Source: Eledone cirrhosa (lineage: Eukaryota). Taken from it: a stretch of DNA of 64,000 nt. Below the pieces are notes generated by a model. That model saw only the letters and a program-made list of their open reading frames with translations. It ran no database searches and had not been told where the DNA came from. Shown here piece by piece: positions 54,046 to 64,000 of this stretch. How positions within the stretch are numbered: the stretch's first letter is position 1; the number at the start of each line of letters is the position of its first letter. Location: contig OZ024743.1 in assembly GCA_964016885.1 (NCBI GenBank), forward strand, positions 193,874,001 through 193,938,000, in the 5' to 3' direction. A program made the translations under genes and the position numbers.

Positions 54046-54789
54046 TTAAATATATGGAGAGGTGACGGATGAGGATGATGATTTATGAATTTTGTAAGAG
54101 TTGTTATGAAAAAATAGATTAGAAACTAGCAAAGAAAAAAATAATTATTGTAATAATGTTAATAAGAGAGGAAGGTATCTCTAATGTTGTTAAAACTTCT
54201 TTAGAGAAGAGTTCGATATTATTTAATTGGAAAAAATATGTCGGTCAAAAGAGATGGTTTCGTATTCTGTACTTTTTATGAAAATACATAAATTATGACA
54301 TACTGGTTGTGTGTTTCAATGACAAATAAGGAAACCTGAATATTTAAAATGTGTGTATGTGTGTGCGTATGTGTATGTGAATGTATGTGTCTCTCTCTTT
54401 CTTTCTCTCTCTCTCTCCTCCCTCTCCCCTCTCTCTCTCCCTCCTCTTTGTTTGTTGTTAACTTCAGTAAGGTAAGTTTTGCAAATAATTAATTTTTCTA
54501 ATTAGATTTGAATTACAGCGCAAGAGAACACGTTAAGAAAATACGATGTTGCATAAATTATCTAATTAACCGATCTAAGAGTAGGAATATGAGATATCTA
54601 ATTGGACGTTTTAATAGGATAACTATGAGAAAGGAACTTAATGAAGGAATAATGGGATATATGAGTGACTAAATTGGGTGTAGCAGTTATAAGTATCATA
54701 CAAATTAAAATTAAATTAAATTAGAATTGCTTAACCATAATGGCGATTGATAAATTAGTGACATTTATATTGCTCTTAGAAATAAATTT

Positions 54790-55045
54790 TGTGCCAGATA
54801 TATTGTCAGTTTTGTGCTAGAAATCTGTCAGTATTGTGCAAGATATCTGTCAGTTTTGCGCCAGATATTTGTCACCATTGTGCTAGAAATCTGTCAGTAT
54901 TGTGCAAATAATCTAACACTATGGCGTCAGAAATCTGAGTATTGTGCAAAAAACATGTCAGTATTGTGCCATTAATGTGTCAGTACTGTGCCAGAAATCT
55001 GTCAAAATTGTGTCAGAAATGTGCCAGTATGGTGCCAGAAAACTG
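54790..55045. repeat. Degenerate 22-bp minisatellite (GTGCCAGAAATCTGTCAGTATT), about 12 units
   Basis: Seen directly; 11-bp sub-periodicity. Confidence 0.9.
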
Positions 55046-57489
55046 GATAGGGATTAATGTTGTTATTTGTGGTTTGTAGTGTTATAATTTGAATGAGAAA
55101 GAGTATTACATGTAAAAAAGGGAGATAATGACTTAAACGTTAGATCCAACGTAAATATTTCTTTCTAACATAGGCATAAGGCTAGCAATTTGGAGGAAGA
55201 GGAAAATTGATTATACCAATTCCAATACTTAAGTTGTATTTTATTTTATTTTATCCACCAGGAAGAAGGAATTTCGAAGTTGATCACAGTGGGATTTGAA
55301 CACAGAACGTAGAGAGTCATAACTAAATACCACGAAGCATGTTTATCCAATGCTCTACTGATACTGCCAATCCATCGCCCTAGATACCCAGTTAATATGA
55401 GAGCTATTAAGATTACCATATTATAATCAACTGGTATTTGTTTCGGAGCCTACTTTAATATTAGAGATATCTTTCTAATGCTTAGAAAATTGATTTTTAA
55501 TAGCAAAGGATTATTAAAATTTCAAACATGGTGTGTTGTAGGAAACTTAATTAAATATTGGAAGTGTACATGTTACTATAGTATAGAGAATGTTTTTCTT
55601 CTTCTAATAATAACAAGAAGTTGTTAAGACATTATGCACCTGAGACATTATGAGGAGAAATATGCAAGCCGATAATGATTATAAAGGTAGCTTAATTATA
55701 TGCATATGCTCTCAACATAAAAAGGTTGGGAGAATGTAATTTGAATGGAAGGATGTCAAAGAATGAAGATTATGGTTTTTACCTGGTTCTTTACCTGTAT
55801 TGTTTTAAAACCAAAATTGAATCTGTTGGAACATGATTTTTAGATCATTGTTAATTTTGGAAAATGAGGGGAACTCAAAATAAAACAAAACAGCAAAGTA
55901 AAGTGAGTAGATATATAACGTGCTATAAATGTATTAGCATAGCAATCATGGTGTATATGAAAAAAGTATTACGAATCGCTATGCATAACATCTGTAGATT
56001 AAGGAATAATTAGTAGTTATTCGCGGTGAAGATTGCATAAATTAAAGAATTGCATGTAATTACTACCTCCTAAGGTATACTTGTTTGAAAATGATTAAGA
56101 GTTTCCTTCCTTTGTGGACGAGCGGGAATGCGTTTGGGGTGACTGTTGATGAACAACATTTTTACAAAATTGATTTCATAACCTTCAGTTGAATAATGTT
56201 GACATGCACCTTTATTTACAGTATATATATATCACTCGAAGATTTGGCATGATACAGTGTCTGATAAAGCTGGCATTTTTTTAATTGCAGGCTCAACTAA
56301 CTTTTTGCCAGTTGGATTGGAGCAACGTGTTTTCATCTTCACACAGATACTAGGTTTAAAATGCAAGAGAGGCAGCGAGAAGGTATATTTTTCCAGGATA
56401 ATCTTCATGAGAAGTAGTATCAACCAATAACTTGTCTTGATTCTATAGTAATACTCACTTGTGTTCTCTCAATATTCAATAGCGCGACAAACATGTTCCG
56501 CAATCAATAAAATAACGGTCTACATTCACGATAATTGCAAGGTCAGTTGTGGAGAGTTTACACTCTGGTTTTTATCAGAATTAAAATTCTCAGTTTATAT
56601 ATTAACATCTGTATATGTGTTTACATAATAAACAGGCCATTAGCCATTCATGTTATGCAGAAGAGTTAAAGAAAAGTGGCAAACACCATAAAACTCTTGA
56701 TTAAACCGGTTTTAGGTTATCAGGTTAAGCATACTTACACAGGGTCAGAGAACGTAAGGTCGGATGCAAAGTTATTTGGTAGATTATTTTTTATGTCTGA
56801 TTAATTTTAACATTCCTCTTATTTCTTTAAGTAGAATTCTGTATAATAATAACACAGCATAATAATGACATATATATCAATAAATTCATATATATCACTC
56901 GAAGTCTGATCTTGATATAGATAAGTAATAATTGAAAAGAAATCAATATCAAACAGCCAATTTTCAATGCTTCAAGAACAATTTTTGATACAAAATAATG
57001 AATACAATTATTAGTTAATGTATGATTTTCGTTTAAACTTGAAGGAGGAAATTTATATCTCAGAGAAGTAGTAGTAAACTATTATTAAAACACAAGGTGA
57101 TTTGGGTTGCATCGAAAGACGTTGATCTGCATAAAAAAACTAAGATTGGAAGTTCAATATATGGTTAAATGTCTACCTAATATAAACAAAATCTTTGAGT
57201 AGATGGAAGCTACGTAAAGATCCAACAACAGAAACTTCTAGCTGTTTTACAGCTTCCCTTGTTTCATATTTTCCTTTTCGTTTTTGTAAGCATAATCTAC
57301 CTCCCATTCGCCTTCAATATTTAACATTTTTATTTTTATTTAGTTATTTCTTCTGTTTTTTCCCTCTATTTTTATTACTTGTCTCACTAGCTCTCTTTGA
57401 TTACCAACTGTAAGGAGTACTCAATGCGTCTCCATGATTTATTAGCTCTACATGGACGTTTAAATTGATTAATTAAATAAATACAATAA

Positions 57490-58000
57490 TAATTGTTTCT
57501 ACATTTGGCACAAGGCCAACAATTATCCCAGTGTATTACAGGTGCTTTATTTTATCGACCCCGTAAGGATGAAAGGCAAAGTTAACCTCGGCAAGATTTG
57601 AACTCAGACTATAAAGGGCCGTAACTCTTTGCTGCAAAGCATGGCGTCAGACCCTTACCGATACTGCTAATCCACCACCCTTGCCAATCCACCGCTCTTG
57701 GATAATAAATAAAATAAGAATACAATTAAATAAGAATGAAAAGTATAGAAAGTTAGTGATCTATTGAGAATAAATATTGCCCAACATTCTTTACTACGAG
57801 GGCGGCTGATTGGCGGTTTGGTAGAGCGTCGGACAAAATGCTTTGTGGTATTTAGTTACAACTTTCTACGTTCTGATTTCAAATCCTGTCGATGTCAATG
57901 TTGCCTATAATTCCTTCGGGATCGATAAAATAAAGTGCTTGTTAAGTACTGGGGTCAACTTTCGTTTCTACTCAAATTATTGGCTTGTGTCTAAATTAAA
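57490..58000. mobile_element. Head-to-head family A SINEs (- about 57490-57695; + about 57800-58000)
   Basis: Core motif on both strands; another - copy at about 55160-55380. Confidence 0.8.
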
Positions 58001-58874
58001 AAAATCGATATTCTTTAATGCTATAAATTCCAATATGAAACAAGTTCGAAGATGTATATTTGGAAGCTGAGTGCTGGGTAACTGTGAGTCTAGGCAGACA
58101 AAAATCCCGCGCAAAGAGGATCGTGTTGTTTGTATGTTACGTTATAGAAAGCCAACGATGAAGGTGGTTGCCAATTCATCTACATTCCGATCATTTGAAA
58201 CTATCATATTTCTAACCTCATCAGCTTGTTACAGAATTATAATTATAGACATCTGCTTAGGGAAATTTTAATTTTTTTTAGAGGATTTTTTGACAAATTA
58301 TCAAATTTAATTATCTAAAAGACATGTTGTTCACATTAGTTGAAAATTTAATTTACTCAAGGTTTTGAGATTAAGGAAACTATTTCATGAAAGAGGTTTT
58401 AATGGACTGAGTCTGAAACCTGATAGAAGTCATTAGAGGAAATTATCTTGTGCAGATTAAAGTTCTATTAGAAATTAAAAGTGGTAAAGTGTTGAACTTA
58501 TTTATGTGAGGAGTAAAATTAGTTTTCATTTGTAAATAATCTATCACTTCATAAATCTATCATGTGTCTTGCGTGTAGATGTAATGTAAATAATTCATTT
58601 ACCGAGTTCATGATCAACATTATAATTTAAAGATTGCCTGAACAATTGGCTGGCCAAATCGAAATAACCATTCTACTCTAAATAATAATTCATATATTTA
58701 TCTAAATGAAAGCATTTGATTAGAAAACACTATTAAGTGGGAAACAAGTTAAATAAAAAAAAAAAAGCGAACACAACTTAATTAAAGGGTCTACTTAGAT
58801 AAGAATTATATAAATAATAGTTATAGATTGCGTTGTAAAAGTTCAGTTTCTACTTAAACTAAAAAAGTCTGTTT

Positions 58875-59146
58875 TAAGCCAGAATGCTCGATAGGCCGGG
58901 GCTTATCTCGGTTTCGTGGTGTGAAGAGACTGAAAGTACAAGAATCCACCCTGGACAAGACGCCAGTCCATCATAGGGTTAAACCTCTACCTATTGCTGG
59001 TACTCATTTTCAACTGAGTATACTGGAACAACATGAAAATGAAGTTATTTTGTTCAAGAACACAACAGGCAACCCAGCCCAGAAATCGAATCCACAACAT
59101 TAAGATCATAAGTCCGACACCCTTACCACACGGTCACGTGCCTCCA
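58875..59146 (-). mobile_element. tRNA-headed SINE (second type)
   Basis: GCTGGTACTCATTTTCAACTGAGT..TTGTTCAAGAACACAAC..AATCGAATCC..GGTCACGTGCCTCC. Confidence 0.65.
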
Positions 59147-59174
59147 CAGTTTCTACCTAGCATCATTTTAATAG

Positions 59175-59358
59175 AGGTGGATTGGCGGTGGATTGGCGGT
59201 GGATTGGCAGTATCAGTAGAAGGTTGGACGCCATGATCTAAGTTCAAATCCCGCCGAACTTAACTTTGCCTTTCATCCTTACGGGGTCGATAAAATAAAG
59301 TACCAGTAATGCACTGGGATAATTGCTGGCCTTGTACCAAAAACTAGAAACAATTATT
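59175..59358 (+). mobile_element. SINE family A with a triplicated GGTGGATTGGC head
   Basis: Seen directly. Confidence 0.8.
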
Positions 59359-59628
59359 TTAACAGAGGTGTATATAGGGGCATATGCGATATGTTTATGT
59401 ATAACAAACATATATAAGCCTCGTTTTTTAATGTTTTAAGCCCTGATCATATCAAAGCTTGAAACATTCATAGCGAGACATATATTTACTTAATATGTAT
59501 AAACATATCATATATGTCCTCATATACGTCTCTATCATAAATTACGCTATGTTAGTGCTATTGCTAATTGATCATATTTTGGTTATTTTCCTGTAAAATT
59601 ATATTAGAGGTGCAGCAAACAACACACA

Positions 59629-59661
<33 letters not shown>

Positions 59662-60029
59662 TCCCAAATATATATATGTAGATTCTTAGAAATGACTGTA
59701 GCAATAGCTTAGTAAATCAGGTAAAGTACCCCTATAGACGGGATAAAAGTGGTCAGCAGTTGCTAGGAAGAATCGAACTTCGTCCCTCTCAAATTGAACT
59801 AAACGTTCTCTGACAACTAGCCCTCTTTTAAATTAGAAGCTTTATAAATAACTTTATATGTAAACAACATTGTAAATATGAATCATCGAAGCGTTTTGTT
59901 AGATTTGGAAATTTTAGATGTGGGAATCCCAAATGCAAAAAATAACTGTAGCCGAAGTTGATTGTTATAATCGCTTAGTAGTATTTCTATTAGTGTATGA
60001 GTTACTTGTCACATAGCTTTTTATTTCCA

Positions 60030-60405
60030 ACTTGTTAATGTTTACTACATTTTACAAACAGAAGTTATACAATGATGGAAATATAAAAAAAAAAAAAACG
60101 ATAAAAACAAAATTAAGTAATGAAAAAAAAACAAAAACAAAGGGAAAGGTTAAACAAGGGTGGATTTGGCTGTATAGGGAAGTAGGGGAAAGGACTATAA
60201 ATGCTATAAATGTGAAGAAAGGGAGGGAAAGAGCAATGGCTATTAGGCAACGAGAGAAAGAGAAGGGTAAGGGGAGATGGTGACAAACTCTGTGCTTGGA
60301 GCGATGCGGTGTTTCGCTGCACCCCTTCGGACAATGGCCAGCAACATCCGCTGCAACAGCCACACCACTTCACGAGGATCCTTCCTCAAACGAGCTGCTG
60401 ATGTT
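60030..60405 (-). mobile_element. Probable CRE-clade LINE extreme 3' end
   Basis: RKDPREVVWLLQRMLLAIVR, similar to the C-terminus at about 39550. Confidence 0.5.
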
Positions 60406-61024
60406 CCGATTTTAGTACCTCTATTGTTGTCAGAGGCCGTTTAGTTTAATGGCGAGGCATGGCCAATGGCTAGACTCAGTCTTAATTTGTAAGGTACGAA
60501 ATTCGATTCTTCGTAGCATTTGCTGGCCACTCATCTCCGTTTTATTTATTTCATAAAAATCAATCGAAAAGTGAAAATAAACTGTGTTACTGACGAGTTT
60601 ATTTACACCTCCAGGTTTTTTCTCTTGTGTACTCTTTATTTTTGTTTATATTTTCTTATAGACCTTTGGATCTGTCTATCTAGTGCATCATTGCTGATTT
60701 TCCCTCACACGTTTTTAGTTATCTTCTGATTCAATTCCCTGTGTATATGTATTCAATTCTTTATCATTATTCCTCTTTTACTTCGATAAACTGCTCCGAT
60801 TAAAACCATTCTTTTTTCTCATGGGAACTGGTTTTGAACGCTTTGAGCCATAATTTTCTATGTTGATGTATATTGTCTCAAGGTATGTTCGAAATATCTG
60901 CTATACATGATGCAGTTAACCGTTAGGATTAAAAATAAAAATAAAAATTTCAAAAAATTAAAAATAATATAACATAATTACACACACACACGCAAGTACA
61001 CACATATATATATACACACTGCAT

Positions 61025-61067
<43 letters not shown>

Positions 61068-61147
61068 TACACTCTACACACACGCATACACATATACACA
61101 CACGCATACACATATACACACACATACACACACTCACATGCAACCCC

Positions 61148-61238
<91 letters not shown>

Positions 61239-61840
61239 TTTATGTATAAAATTGTTGTAAAGAGAAGAAGGAGGAAGACTACATGCACTTTTTAAGTATA
61301 GTCTGTTGGTGTTACCCCATTTATGATTGGGTTCTGCTCTCATAAGATGTATGTAGCCATAAAGGTTACATACATCATTTCACCAAGAATCCAATGTTAA
61401 TAGACTTGTGTTATAAGCAAATGTTTCAGACATATTTTGAGACAAAATTATATATGCTTAGCGAACAACGACATCACCATTCATACTAAGCCAGGCCCCA
61501 AGAGAAAAAAATACGATTACTAAGTGATATTTATGGAAGAAAAAAATATTAACAAGAAATTGAATAAATAAATATATAAATATAGATTACAGAAAGCGAA
61601 AGAAAACACAGAATCGAATGTATGTGTGGCCAAAGGCTTATGTGTCAACATTCTAATCAGCAACAATACAGTAGACCCATAGGTCCAAAGAAAAAAAAAT
61701 GAACAAGAAATAAATAATAAAAAAAGACTCGTCTGTAACAGATTTTGCACAGATGTAATAGAAATGTGTCGGTGATTAGGTCGCAGAAGTGCATCGAAAT
61801 ATTATATTAATCGATTATTAAGAAAGAAAGGATTGTCAGT

Positions 61841-62200
61841 TGATTGGCAGTATCGGTAGAGCGTCGGACAACCTCCCTGCGGCATATTGTTATAGCCCTT
61901 CACGTTCTGAGTTCAAATCCCGCCAAGTTTAACTTTGCCTTTCATCCTTACGGGGTCGATAAGATAAAGCACCAGTAACGTACTGGGGTCGATTTAATCG
62001 AGTTTCCCCTTCCCCCAAATTACTGGCCTTGTGCCTATACTAGAAATCATCATTAGGCAGCATCGGGCAACATGATTTATGGCCCTTTTGTTCTGAGTTC
62101 AAATCCCACCGAGGTTAGCTTTGCCTGTCATCCTTAGGGGGTCGATAAAATAAAGTACCATTAATGCAGTGGGGTCAATTTAATCGACTTTTTCGTCCCC
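61841..62200 (+). mobile_element. Two tandem family A SINEs (long-tail subtype)
   Basis: Core motif twice. Confidence 0.8.
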
Positions 62201-62589
62201 TAAAATTTATAGATTTTCTCTCTTTATATATAGCTATATGTAAGCTCGAACGCTTGGATCTTTCTTTCTATCTTTATATCAAAAATACTAATGCAAATTA
62301 CTATTTTATGGAACTACATGTTATATATTTCCCTAATTAGTATAACTGTTTTTAAATATCAAGTTAACAATTTTTTTATATTCATGCAATTGTCGAGAAT
62401 TTATGTTTTTTTTTTTTTTGTAAATATAAATTTGAGAACTCTCGTAAGAAGCACAGATGGTATAGTACATTAGCTACTTCAGTAGACTAGCCAACTTGAC
62501 AGATAACTTCCTTACGAAATAGCAAACTATTTAAACATATTTGTTTAAGGTTTAACAACATTCTTGTCATTTTCGTCGTCACATATATA

Positions 62590-62935
62590 AAGGTTGGGTA
62601 ATGACCGAAAGAATATAATCGCGAGTGCAAGCGGTCGAAATGGGTACCCCCGGGGGATATTTGGGGTAACGTTACTCGATAGAGTGCGTAACTCAGAGAT
62701 CAGTGAGACACTCCAGGTAGACCTCTACTTTTCCGAATTGAGAGATCACAGCTCCGATCTTGAGAGATCACAGTTTGCCTGATCTTGCTTGGGGATCCAG
62801 CCGGATCAAATGGAGACGGTTGCTTGTAACAGGACCCACAGGAAGGATTGTTTGAGGACTTTTCCCTCATGACCCTCCCAGGAATAAGTGGGCGAAGAAG
62901 AAGAAGAAGAAGAAGAAAAAAGAAGAAGAAAAAAA
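62590..62935 (+). mobile_element. RTE/Expander-like 3' fragment with (GAA)n, abutting a SINE tail (62935-63015 -)
   Basis: GIFGVTLLDRVRNSEISETLQV. Confidence 0.75.
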
Positions 62936-63673
62936 ATTGTTTCTGTTTTGGGCACAAGGCCAGCAATTATCCCAGTACGTTACTGGTACTTTATTTTATC
63001 GACCCCGTAAGGATGCTTAACCAATCTAGTCATCCTAACACAGTAATAGACTTAGCTCATCTCCCCCAGCTAAAATTAATGATATTAATATCTTTATATT
63101 ATCATATTATTTTATATTAATATTATAATCTCACATTATTTTATATTAATATTTTTATAATCTCATATTATTTTCTGTCAATATCTTTATAATCTCATAT
63201 TTTTTTAATATTGATATCTATATTATCTTACATTATTTAATACGACAAGCTCATCCCCGATTCACACAGCCCCACAAAACGGGGTATAGTTCTGTAGTGA
63301 AGTATGTTACTTTGGATATGTTTATATGCTGTGAGGAGAAGATAATTTTCTCCCTTTTTTTCTCTTCTATGGTAGAGATAATTACTATTCAATGTAAACC
63401 ACATGACAAAGCTGCAAATACAGTAAATTACTTTTTATTGTGCGTATATCTGCGAACTCGTTTCGGTATGTATACTTTATATCAATGCAGCTTCCAGAAA
63501 ATTATATCTGTGATATTAGTGTACTTAATCTATAGTTACAGCTATACATGACGAAATAAAAAAAAAACAAAAAAACAATGAGCCACGGACCTAAAGATAT
63601 ATTTAGTTTGGTAAGCGAGGATTAAAAAAAAAAGTGCACACATATAGAACTGTTGAACTGAAGCAAGCATTTA

Positions 63674-63865
63674 ATAATTGTTTCTAATTTTGGCACAAGG
63701 CCAGCAATTATCCCAGTGTATTATTGGTATTTTATTTTATTGACCCCGTAAGGATGAAAGGCAAAGTTAACCTCGGCGGGATTTGAACTCAGACCGTAAA
63801 GGGACATAACTATGCTGGAAAGCATGGCGTCCGACCCTCTACCGATATGCCAATTCACCGCCCTT
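63674..63865 (-). mobile_element. SINE family A, full length
   Basis: Reverse complement of 45629-45815. Confidence 0.88.
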
Positions 63866-64000
63866 AATAATAACACTGAACGTAATTCCGTAGCGACAGA
63901 AAGAATTGTGGACTTCTCAAACCGCCAGACTGTACATCGAACCTGTTGGATATAATTGTGTAGCCACGTTTAGCAAAACAAACGAGCACATTTGAAACAC

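Noticed and set aside
61326-61395. Hairpin resembling a pre-miRNA
   Set aside because: Only a 13-bp stem of ATGT-like low-complexity sequence plus a large unpaired internal loop.

Overview
AT-rich, microsatellite-dense metazoan DNA made almost entirely of transposable-element debris. I can support no intact host gene, and most ORF-track entries are artefacts of simple repeats. The SINE repertoire resembles that of octopod cephalopods (inference from family recognition). Contents: two decayed Tx1/L1-clade LINEs (9761-15812 +, near full length; 50204-53520 -, ORF2 only), both abutting (TA)n; R4/Dong-like pieces in (CATA)n; many RTE/Expander 3' ends with (GAA)n tails; four copies of a short RTE-derived bipartite element ending in a C2H2 finger; CRE, Vingi, R1-like, Helitron and Penelope (GIY-YIG) fragments; more than 25 tRNA-headed SINEs; and several minisatellites. 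The strongest unexplained signal is a set of five minimal type I hammerhead ribozyme motifs. Two of them sit on opposite strands of a near-perfect 259-bp palindrome (49788-50046). Element boundaries are read by eye and are approximate.
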